DNA of 64,000 nucleotides from Chlamydiia bacterium (GTDB lineage Bacteria; Chlamydiota; Chlamydiia; Chlamydiales; GCA-2402025): NCBI GenBank assembly GCA_030427725.1, contig JAUICV010000002.1, positions 545,226 to 609,225 of the forward strand, read 5' to 3'. Shown piece by piece: positions 56,017 to 64,000 of this stretch (position 1 is its first letter; each line of letters starts with the position of its first letter). The notes under the pieces were generated by a model. It saw only the letters and a program-made list of their open reading frames with translations, ran no database searches and was not told where the DNA came from. The position numbers and the translations under genes were made by a program.

Positions 56017-56973
56017 ATGTACTTCGTACTAGCTTATTATCACTTCAAGCCTATTGAAAATCCAGAAAAGCACATTAAAGAGCATAAACAATTCTTAGAG
56101 TCGAAAGATGCGACTGGAAGAATTTATATTAACGAAGACGGGATTAATGGGCAGATGAGCATTCATGAAAAGGATGCAGAAAGTTATATGGAGTGGATGA
56201 GAGCCTTTCCTTTTTTCAAAGACGTGGAATTTAAAATTCATCATTTGGAGTCTCATGCGTTTGCAAAATTAACCGTTAAATATCGTAAACAGCTTGTAGC
56301 AATAGAAGCAAAGTATGAAGAGGTTGAGACAGGGCAGCATTTATCTCCTGCAGATTGGAAGAAAATGTTAGAAGACAAAGATGATAACACCATTTTGATT
56401 GATGTAAGGAATGATTACGAGTGGGAAGTAGGTCATTTTGAAGGAGCTATGCTTCCAAGGCTTGAAACGTTTCGAGATTTTAAAAAGTATGTTGATGATC
56501 TTAAAAAAGAGTACGATACTAAAAATACTAAAGTCATGATGTATTGTACCGGAGGAATTCGCTGCGAAGTCTACTCTTGCCTTATGAAAGAAAAAGGTTT
56601 CGGAGATGTTTTTCAGCTCCAAGGTGGTGTAATCAAGTATGGTCTTCAAGAAGGTAACAAGCATTGGAAAGGGAAATTATTTGTTTTCGATGACAGGCTT
56701 GTTGTTCCAATTTCAGATGAGGTTGCTGAAACAATTAGTCATTGTAAGCACTGCTCCAAGAAGGTAGACCGGTATTACAATTGTGCGAATATGGACTGTA
56801 ATGATCTTTTTATTTCTTGCCCGGAGTGTGTGAAAGAGCTAAAGGGATGTTGTTCAAAGGAATGTACAACCAAGCCTAGGGTTAGAGAGTTTGAAAGTAT
56901 TGAAAACCCTAAACCTTTCAGGAAATTGCCATTTGAAAAAAAGCAAGAGCTTAATCAAAAAGCAGTCTCGTAA
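56017..56973 (+). CDS. trhO: Rhodanese-domain protein TrhO/YceA (tRNA uridine-34 hydroxylase family)
   Basis: 318 aa. MYCTGGIRCE active-site loop and a C-terminal Cys-rich region. Confidence 0.85.
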   Translation: MYFVLAYYHFKPIENPEKHIKEHKQFLESKDATGRIYINEDGINGQMSIHEKDAESYMEWMRAFPFFKDVEFKIHHLESHAFAKLTVKYRKQLVAIEAKYEEVETGQHLSPADWKKMLEDKDDNTILIDVRNDYEWEVGHFEGAMLPRLETFRDFKKYVDDLKKEYDTKNTKVMMYCTGGIRCEVYSCLMKEKGFGDVFQLQGGVIKYGLQEGNKHWKGKLFVFDDRLVVPISDEVAETISHCKHCSKKVDRYYNCANMDCNDLFISCPECVKELKGCCSKECTTKPRVREFESIENPKPFRKLPFEKKQELNQKAVS

Positions 56974-56991
56974 CTTTAGCGTTAACTATTC

Positions 56992-59535
56992 ATGAAATAT
57001 CAGATAGTGGCAACGAAAGCACAAAGAAGTGCTTTTGAAATAGAGGTCTTGTTAGATAAAGACATTTCAAAGCAAGATCTCTTAAGACAGAACTTGTCGA
57101 CACTATCTTTATCTGGTAAAGAGGCGTTTAAATCTCTTTTATCCTGCAGCTTTGAGCCTGAAAGAAGTGGTGACAAGCGGTACATCTTTTCTGTGAAAAA
57201 ATCTAATGCTACCAAAGTTCTCTATCAAATAGCTCTGACACGACAATTATTCTATTGTGATGAAAAGATTATATATGAACCCTTTTCTAAATCCGAGTTT
57301 TACTACCAAGTTGAAAAAGACGCTGATAAGTATAAAGTGACAGGATTATTCGAGCTTGGAAGGTTTAAGGTTCAGGCTCATTTATGTGATCTTCTTTTTG
57401 AAGGGGATGAAATATTTTATCTTCATAAAGGGATGCTGTCACAGATTAAAACAGAGTGTGATTTTCTCTGGATAGAAAAGGTTAAGAGTAGTCCTCTTGT
57501 TCTTTCCAAGCCTGATTTAGATGAGCTTGTTCTTGAGATGAAACTTGATAATCTATCACCTTCTTTAAAGGTAGAAAAAGATTTAGAAATACAGGAAACC
57601 ATTTCATGTATTCCAGAGCTTGTTCTCCAAGATAGGCAAGGTCTGTTTGCTAATCTTTGGATGGATTATGGTTCTTTTGGAAAAGTCGAGTTTGGAAAAA
57701 AAGAAAAGCTTAAAATTACCCGCAATGAAGAAGAAGAAAGCGGATGGGAACAAGATCTTTTAGAATCTGGATACTTCAAAAAGAGAGGGCCTTTCTTCTC
57801 TTATGCGTGTGATAAACAAGATCTTGGCGAGTCATTGAAGTTTTTAATAGAGCTTGGTTGGAAAGTCTTAGATCACAACAAAAAAAGAGTTAAGCTGATA
57901 TCTAGAAATGATCTACAGTTAACTCTCGAAGAAAATGAAGTGATATTAAAAGGAGAGTTGGCCTTTGATGGGGAAAGGGCCTCACTTGATCAGGTGACAA
58001 ATTCGCTAACTCAAAATCAGGACTTTGTTGAGCTGTCAAATTCAAGTGTAGGGCTTTTAGAAGGAGTGAGCTTTGCTAAGCACTTTACAAAAGATGGTGA
58101 CTATCATCTTAGTAAAACTCATTTAGGGCTTTTAAATGACGCTCATGAAAATCTTATAGAAGAAAATCTAAAGGAACTTTTATCTCTTCAACGATTAGAA
58201 GCTATCCCTAGTCAGAAACTAAAAGATTTCTCCGGAAGCCTATTTGAGTATCAGAAAAAAGGCTTCGACTGGCTTTGCTTTTTATATAAGCACAAACTAG
58301 GAGGTTTGTTAGCCGATGAGATGGGGCTAGGAAAAACTGTACAGGTATTGGCATTTTTAGCTTTTGTTGGGCTGGGTAAGAAACATTTGATTGTTGTTCC
58401 TTCTGCATTAAAAGGAAATTGGGCCAAAGAGTGTGAACGGTTTTTGGGTTTTAAGCCAAAGCTGTTCTCTAGTGTAAATAATGAAATTACCCAAGGTCTT
58501 TGGATAGTTTCCTACTCGATGTTAAGAGAACATTCTCAACTAATTGGAAGTCATCGATTTGACACGCTTATTTTAGATGAAGCTCAGATGATTAAAAATC
58601 CAGACGCTAAAACCTCTAAGGCCGTTTTTAGTATGGTGGCGCAGTTTAAATTAGCTATGACGGGGACCCCTATTGAAAATAAACCATTAGATCTTTGGTC
58701 TATTTTTCGTTTCATTCAGCCCGGAATTTTATCTGAGCGAAAAACTTTTGAGTTGGACCAAAAGGACCCTAAGCAAAGAGCTAAGCTTTCCAAAATTATA
58801 AGACCCTTTATTTTAAGAAGAAAAAAAGAAGATGTGGGCTTAGATTTGCCTGAAAGAATTGAGCAAACCGTTTATATTGAGCTTTCTGATGAAGAAAGAT
58901 GTCTTTATGAGAATGTTCGCAATCAGGGAAGAAATACATTAACTCATGACTCTAAACCACTTGATATTCTAGAAATCTTACTAAGATTGAGGCAAATTTG
59001 TTGTCATCCGTTTCTTGCTAAAGAAGAGGGGGAGTCTAGTAAGTTGCAGCAAGTTCTGCTTGATATAGGCGATATTGTTTCATCTGGCAGGAAGGTAATG
59101 ATAGTCTCTCAGTTTACATCATTACTTGGGCTGGTTAAACAGCAGCTAGAAATTAAAGGTTTAGATTTCCTTACTATTGATGGATCCACTAGGGATAGAC
59201 AGGGTGTTGTGGATAAATTTCAATCAGGACCTGATCAGATTCTTCTGATGAGCTTAAAGGCTGGTGGGGTAGGGTTAAATATTACAAAAGCAGATTATGT
59301 CTTAATTTATGATCCTTGGTGGAATAAGGCTGCAGAAGAGCAAGCTATAGCTAGAGCTCACAGAATAGGGAGAAAAAAATCTGTTTTTGTGAAAAGATAT
59401 GTCGTTTTAGAAAGTGTTGAAGAGAAAATCCAAAAGCTCAAAGAGGAAAAATCAGCCTTGTTTTCACAAGTCATTGACTTTGAAAGTAATGTGGATCATT
59501 TTGATTTAAATGAGTTAGAAGGTTTGCTAGGCTAG
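56992..59535 (+). CDS. SNF2-family helicase (second copy, no SWIM finger seen)
   Basis: 847 aa. LADEMGLGKT, LDEAQMIKN, SLKAGGVGLNIT, and QAIARAHRIGRKK. Confidence 0.92.
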   Translation: MKYQIVATKAQRSAFEIEVLLDKDISKQDLLRQNLSTLSLSGKEAFKSLLSCSFEPERSGDKRYIFSVKKSNATKVLYQIALTRQLFYCDEKIIYEPFSKSEFYYQVEKDADKYKVTGLFELGRFKVQAHLCDLLFEGDEIFYLHKGMLSQIKTECDFLWIEKVKSSPLVLSKPDLDELVLEMKLDNLSPSLKVEKDLEIQETISCIPELVLQDRQGLFANLWMDYGSFGKVEFGKKEKLKITRNEEEESGWEQDLLESGYFKKRGPFFSYACDKQDLGESLKFLIELGWKVLDHNKKRVKLISRNDLQLTLEENEVILKGELAFDGERASLDQVTNSLTQNQDFVELSNSSVGLLEGVSFAKHFTKDGDYHLSKTHLGLLNDAHENLIEENLKELLSLQRLEAIPSQKLKDFSGSLFEYQKKGFDWLCFLYKHKLGGLLADEMGLGKTVQVLAFLAFVGLGKKHLIVVPSALKGNWAKECERFLGFKPKLFSSVNNEITQGLWIVSYSMLREHSQLIGSHRFDTLILDEAQMIKNPDAKTSKAVFSMVAQFKLAMTGTPIENKPLDLWSIFRFIQPGILSERKTFELDQKDPKQRAKLSKIIRPFILRRKKEDVGLDLPERIEQTVYIELSDEERCLYENVRNQGRNTLTHDSKPLDILEILLRLRQICCHPFLAKEEGESSKLQQVLLDIGDIVSSGRKVMIVSQFTSLLGLVKQQLEIKGLDFLTIDGSTRDRQGVVDKFQSGPDQILLMSLKAGGVGLNITKADYVLIYDPWWNKAAEEQAIARAHRIGRKKSVFVKRYVVLESVEEKIQKLKEEKSALFSQVIDFESNVDHFDLNELEGLLG

Positions 59536-59711
59536 TCTGTCTGGTCTTTTTTCTTTTCCTTTAGCTCTAAGGCCGCTTCTTTTAAGGTTTTAAGGCCATC
59601 TTCAAATCCGACTTCTTTCAAAAGGTTATCTAAATAATTCATTTCGGATTGCAGCTGATCACATAGGGATTCTAGCTTCGCAATTTTTCTCAATAATAAA
59701 TCTGGTTTCAT
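59532..59711 (-). CDS. Small coiled-coil ORF (59 aa), below the ORF-track length cutoff
   Basis: Hand translation gives MKPDLLLRKIAKLESLCDQLQSEMNYLDNLLKEVGFEDGLKTLKEAALELKEKKKDQTD. Its stop overlaps the SNF2 stop (CTAG). The RBS is weak. Confidence 0.4.
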   Translation of the reverse strand: MKPDLLLRKIAKLESLCDQLQSEMNYLDNLLKEVGFEDGLKTLKEAALELKEKKKDQTD

Positions 59712-60074
59712 TTGTAAGGCCTTTGTTTTTAAATATTACGTTTAATTTTGTTTATACAGTCGAAGCCAATGAATAACTTAATGTCGCTCTTTTAATTTTA
59801 TTATATTAAAAAAGATATTAATTTATAATTAATTAAAAGCTCTTGTTTTTAATTAATTATATAAGTTGTTTAACTTTAGTCTGTTTTTAATCACCTGGGA
59901 AGTTCTAAAAAAATAAAACTTAATCACTGGGATCTTTCAAGTGTTTGTTGTTAGATGAGATATTGTTGAGTAGATGTTTTTATGGATAAATAGGAGCTAT
60001 TTATATAAACTTTTTCTAATTTTTAACAAAGATAACGCTAGTTAAGTCTTAATATTTAAATAGAAGAGGGGTTT

Positions 60075-61079
60075 ATGTCGGTTTTGATGTCTCAATCTGT
60101 ATCAGAACAACAAAGTGTAAATAGAGAAAACGAGAGCTCTACCAAAGAGGGATTTCTGTCAAATAGTGCTTATAAAGCTCATTCGCAGGCAGAAAAAGTC
60201 CTTGGAGAAGACGTTGCTCAAACGTTGATTTCTTTGAGGGCGCAACCGGTTTTAGTATGTCTGGTTGGAAAACACCTTAAAGATATATTAAAAACGATTA
60301 TTGAACATTCTTCAGAACCTAGTTCCTCTCTCAAGAGTCGTTTAGAGAAAGATTTTTCAAATAGAATCTCAGCGAGTATTATCGATCAGTTTTTTGAGTA
60401 TTGTAAGAACAATTATAAATCTTGCTTTGAGTGTTGTCTGACTCAAAATATTTTATCAAAAGAGGATGTAGATGGTTTGAGGGGCTATTTCAAAGAAGTT
60501 GAAAAAGGATCTAGTGCCAACAGAGTGGTGAGTAAGCAGAAAAATAATGCTTCAAGTAGTAGTGTGGCATACTCAAAAGGTAATAAATTGGAGCCCTTTG
60601 AAGATGAAGATCACGCTGACCTTATTCGCTTTGCTCTGCAAAATAAAGAGATCACAGATGTTGAGGTATTGGCAGAAGGCTATCTGGCTGAATACATAAA
60701 AACAAAACAAGCTTTCATTGCACATCAACTCAAGCAGGTAAATCAATCGTCTATAAGTCATCTAAAATCCAAGGGACTGATCACAGATACAGAACAAACG
60801 CAGTTTCTTGAAATTTCTGCAAACTATGAGGTAAGACCAAAGCGTCCTAAGGTAAGAAACAAGAGACTGTCTGCTCACAAGACATCAGAAGCTAAGGGTT
60901 TAAATAGATTAGGTGCATTGAGCATGTTTTTTGAGAAAATGGAAGCGCATTTGAGTTTAGATATTTCTGAGCTAGAAGCTCAACTCAGTAAAGAGTGTTC
61001 TGAAGGCATTACTTCTGGGAATGTACACGAGCTTATTGAGCGTTGTAAAAAAATGAAAAGACGTATTTTGCTGGGCTAG
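60075..61079 (+). CDS. Hypothetical protein (334 aa) with a basic cluster PKRPKVRNKR
   Basis: RBS agaagaggggtttATG. Preceded by a 363-bp very AT-rich spacer. Confidence 0.55.
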   Translation: MSVLMSQSVSEQQSVNRENESSTKEGFLSNSAYKAHSQAEKVLGEDVAQTLISLRAQPVLVCLVGKHLKDILKTIIEHSSEPSSSLKSRLEKDFSNRISASIIDQFFEYCKNNYKSCFECCLTQNILSKEDVDGLRGYFKEVEKGSSANRVVSKQKNNASSSSVAYSKGNKLEPFEDEDHADLIRFALQNKEITDVEVLAEGYLAEYIKTKQAFIAHQLKQVNQSSISHLKSKGLITDTEQTQFLEISANYEVRPKRPKVRNKRLSAHKTSEAKGLNRLGALSMFFEKMEAHLSLDISELEAQLSKECSEGITSGNVHELIERCKKMKRRILLG

Positions 61080-61132
61080 TTAGAAATAAGACTGTATCTG
61101 AAGAAAGTGCTATAAAACTTAGGTCTTATTTT

Positions 61133-62341
61133 GTGAAGCAGCAAGAAAATACTCAGTTAAAACAAAAGTGGAACATGGACGAGGTTGCATTATTAGCACG
61201 GTTCGTAGTTGAGTACTTCGAGGACGGGGTGGATTCACTTAGTGAGATAGCTAAGAAAATTTTCCTTTATCAGGGGGGCTGTCTTAAGAACTCTATTTCT
61301 CATGAAAAAATAGCAAAAAAAATAGGGGAATTTCGAAGACCTGCTAGAAAAAACCATTTTTATAGAGCTTTAGTTAAAGATAGGAAGGTTTTATCTGAGG
61401 AGGAGTGGGGCATATTATCGACTATGACACCTAGAGGCGTAAAATATAACAAATGGAGTAGTGGAGAGCTTATATCTCTTATAAAAGCGATGGCAGCTCG
61501 AGAAAAGGATGAGACCATGCCTGAGATGATTGCGGGATGTCCGGCTTTAAAAAATAGAAGCGTAGTGCAGGTTAAAAATAAGCTTAAGTTGTTCTATATG
61601 ATGGGGCCGTTTCAGATAAGAAATTATCTAAACAACTTGGTTAAAGATAAAGAGATCTTGGGAGCAAAAGAAGCTCAAGCCTTTTACGAGATATATTTAG
61701 CTAAAGGGGGTCGTCAAAAATTAGAAGATGAATTTAATCGTACCAAACCAATGAAAGCCCTTGGGACAAAACCTAGCGGATGGAATGATGAAGATGAGTT
61801 GCTACTTTGCAGGTATTTAGTGCTTAATTTTAGGGGAAAGAAAAAACAGTGTGTTAAAGATCTAGCTAGGTTCATTTTTGATAAACAGATCGTTCATTTC
61901 AAACAAAGCTATAGTGTAGAGCAAATTTACAATAAGATCATGTATATTGGTAATGGCTTTAGAGTTGACGGAGGAGTGGCTTCAAAACAACGTTTAGTTG
62001 GTATAGGTATAACTGAGGAGGAGTGCGATGTACTGTCCGTTCATTTTGTGAAAAAGAAGAAATGGAATGCTCAACACCTTCATATGTTGATAAATGTTTT
62101 ATTAAACGTTAAAGAAAAAGATGTTGGCTATGAGAAATTAGCTGAATTGTATCTTAGTGAAACAAGGGATTATCGAGAAAAATCCAAACTTGTTCAGAAA
62201 TTGGTTAAGTTGAGAAAACAATTAGAGCTAAGCCAAGGTGAATCTGGTGTGGAAATATTGAAAAAAAGCTATTCACAAGAGGAAAAAATGCAACTTCTCA
62301 ATGTTTTGCAAAATAAAGCGAGCTCAACAATCGAAGATTAA
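61133..62341 (+). CDS. Protein with four roughly 100-aa tandem repeats carrying a SANT/Myb-like W-x3-E-x3-L signature
   Basis: 402 aa. Repeat heads are KWNMDEVALLARF, KWSSGELISLIKA, GWNDEDELLLCRY, and KWNAQHLHMLINV. The GTG start at 61133 keeps the first W, whereas ATG 61175 would remove it. Confidence 0.55.
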   Translation: MKQQENTQLKQKWNMDEVALLARFVVEYFEDGVDSLSEIAKKIFLYQGGCLKNSISHEKIAKKIGEFRRPARKNHFYRALVKDRKVLSEEEWGILSTMTPRGVKYNKWSSGELISLIKAMAAREKDETMPEMIAGCPALKNRSVVQVKNKLKLFYMMGPFQIRNYLNNLVKDKEILGAKEAQAFYEIYLAKGGRQKLEDEFNRTKPMKALGTKPSGWNDEDELLLCRYLVLNFRGKKKQCVKDLARFIFDKQIVHFKQSYSVEQIYNKIMYIGNGFRVDGGVASKQRLVGIGITEEECDVLSVHFVKKKKWNAQHLHMLINVLLNVKEKDVGYEKLAELYLSETRDYREKSKLVQKLVKLRKQLELSQGESGVEILKKSYSQEEKMQLLNVLQNKASSTIED

Positions 62342-62683
62342 AAAGGGGGCTTTTTTCTATCAAATCGCACTTTTCATATTAGATCGATAGTTAGTTCAAT
62401 TTAACACTGTCTAAGAATAAGTCCATAGCCCGAAAATTTCTAACTATCTTTTGGTTAATGAGTTAAGATAAGCCTCTTCATCCTAAGAGGCTTTATCCAC
62501 AAAGGTTAACTATCTAAACATAAAATTTTAAAAGTTATTTGACTGTAATGCTTTGATGGTTAATGGGTTGTGGGCTTCTCGGCATCTTGGTTTATTGATA
62601 AGTTAAAACAACAAATGTTAATTTATTTATATAAATGATATAATTATTATTTAATTAATATTAATTATTTGGAGTTTTAAATA

Positions 62684-63415
62684 ATGTCGATAGCAGTGCT
62701 TTCAGCAGGAGGGTTAGATAGTTTTGATGATGTTGATGTCTTAACAGATGACTTTTCTTCGAAAATGGGGTTTTACGAAAAAAATGTTACTAAGCTATTT
62801 GAAGACAATAAAATTCTAGCAAGAGCTACTGAAGATGATTACGATCTAGAATATAATGTTCTGGGGTCTATGGGAAGAGAACTAGAATTCATGTCTTCAA
62901 AAGAAGGACTTAAACATGCTTCTTCAACATTATTAGTTGATGGGACCTCAGTTTACACATATAAGCCGCAAGGTTTTCTTTTCTCCGCAGAAACAACAAT
63001 ACTAGAGCATTTATCCTTAACTGATTCTAACAGCTCTGTCACTGATGAAGGTGATCTTCAAACTCGAATTGATCCGGAATTCGATGCTGCAAGTGTTGAA
63101 GAGCTTTCAGAGAAAATTAAGACCACTAATATTGCCCTTGAAGCAAGTCGGATGAATGAGGTTAATGGAACTTTTTTTATTAAGGATTTGGTGGGTTTGT
63201 TTTGCGTTAAGGTTAAGTCTAAACGAATAGAAAACCAAAGAACTCTTGAAATGAAGTTTCTTCAAAAAAAAATCAAAGATAGGTTTGGAATAACACTCCC
63301 TGTTTATATTTATGATCAACATAAGGGAGAGTTACAACAGCTGGCGTTTGATGACAGGAAAATCAAAAGATTAGCAAAGCAGCTTCAGCTGCAAGGTCTT
63401 CATTTAACAGACTAA
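62684..63415 (+). CDS. Hypothetical protein (243 aa)
   Basis: RBS tttggagttttaaataATG. Preceded by a 342-bp AT-rich spacer. No recognisable motif. Confidence 0.5.
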   Translation: MSIAVLSAGGLDSFDDVDVLTDDFSSKMGFYEKNVTKLFEDNKILARATEDDYDLEYNVLGSMGRELEFMSSKEGLKHASSTLLVDGTSVYTYKPQGFLFSAETTILEHLSLTDSNSSVTDEGDLQTRIDPEFDAASVEELSEKIKTTNIALEASRMNEVNGTFFIKDLVGLFCVKVKSKRIENQRTLEMKFLQKKIKDRFGITLPVYIYDQHKGELQQLAFDDRKIKRLAKQLQLQGLHLTD

Positions 63416-63433
63416 CTGCTTGATCAATGTAAC

Positions 63434-63470
63434 AAAAAAAGCGGACTCAACAACAAGTGCTAAAGTCCGC
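63434..63470 (-). terminator. Hairpin terminator for the MORN-repeat gene
   Basis: GCGGACT (63441..63447) / AGTCCGC (63464..63470). The T-run follows on the minus strand (A-run 63434..63440). Confidence 0.6.
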
Positions 63471-63498
63471 CAAAGAAAGAGGGTAATTCTTTGTAATT

Positions 63499-64000
63499 TT
63501 ATCGAAGAAGCTCATCACCTTCTTCTGGAAGGTCGTCTTCTCCGTCCATGTCAGAAAGGTGAGTTCTTGATCTCTCATGCATTATAGAGATCATTTTTTC
63601 TCTTTCAAGAAGTTCTTCATATTTAATTTTTGATACAAGCTCGTTGTTGTAAAACCACTCTGATTTAGCTATGCCATCACAGTAAAATGTTGAGGGACCA
63701 TGCTTTAATCCGTCGTGATACTCGGTCTCTTCAACAAGAGTTTCACCATCGATATACTGTCTTTCGATGCCTGATTTTAGGCCATATTCGTAAGGAGTTT
63801 CTCTGTAACGGTAACCATTTTGATAGTATGTGCACACACCATGTAGCTCCCCCAAGTAGTAACTCTCGACAGAGATGGGCTCTCCAGCTTCTGCGTGAAC
63901 TTTTTTCTCACCGTGTAGTTGACCATCGGCGTATGTTGAAGTAACTTTTGGTGTTCCATTGTTATGGAAGGTTTCGCTAGCGACAACTTTTCCACTTTCA
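63499..64000 (-). CDS. MORN-repeat (YwqK-like) protein, C-terminal part (5' end beyond the window)
   Basis: The ORF track starts at a TTG (63855), but the frame stays open to the window edge. Hand translation gives ESGKVVASETFHNNGTPKVTSTYADGQLHGEKKVHAEAGEPISVESYYLGELHGVCTYYQNGYRYRETPYEYGLKSGIERQY..., with repeated G..hG....y..nG units. Confidence 0.7.
   Translation of the reverse strand, partial: ESGKVVASETFHNNGTPKVTSTYADGQLHGEKKVHAEAGEPISVESYYLGELHGVCTYYQNGYRYRETPYEYGLKSGIERQYIDGETLVEETEYHDGLKHGPSTFYCDGIAKSEWFYNNELVSKIKYEELLEREKMISIMHERSRTHLSDMDGEDDLPEEGDELLR

Overview
AT-rich, gene-dense (about 60 genes) bacterial window. Gene content and order match the Chlamydiae. The minus-strand block 1..9765 mirrors Chlamydia trachomatis CT663-CT673: scc4-like chaperone, cdsD, cdsE, cdsF, cdsG, a CT668-position gene, cdsN, cdsO, cdsP, cdsQ, pkn5. 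The block 23275..33546 mirrors CT705-CT710: clpX, clpP, tig, tRNA-Gly, SNF2/SWIM helicase, mreB, GTP-PEPCK. A family-9 glycosyltransferase and many lineage-specific genes suggest an environmental chlamydia rather than Chlamydiaceae. The remainder is housekeeping (dtd, ndk, lptB, kdsA, dapB, rluD, recX, hemA, asnS, nfo, murJ, rpsD, trhO, tRNA-Arg) mixed with orphan genes. The most interesting region is 15.3-23.3 kb. It holds two tandem paralogs whose C-termini look like a T3SS needle-subunit helix and whose N-proximal motif looks EspA/SseB-like. A tightly packed four-gene operon of translocator-like proteins follows. I read this as a candidate, apparently undescribed, T3SS filament/tip plus translocon module. 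Other notable points: a naturally split, translationally coupled sctQ; two tandem T3S4 (ruler) domain genes; a thioredoxin / thioredoxin-reductase pair that both carry signal-peptide-like leaders; a secreted-protein gene next to its decayed paralog; a four-member CxxC paralog family split by an LPS gene block with an IS remnant at the junction; and a protein with four roughly 100-aa SANT/Myb-like repeats in an AT-bounded islet next to a second SNF2 helicase. No rRNA, CRISPR array or intact mobile element was seen. All family assignments come from reading motifs by eye and from memory. No searches were run.
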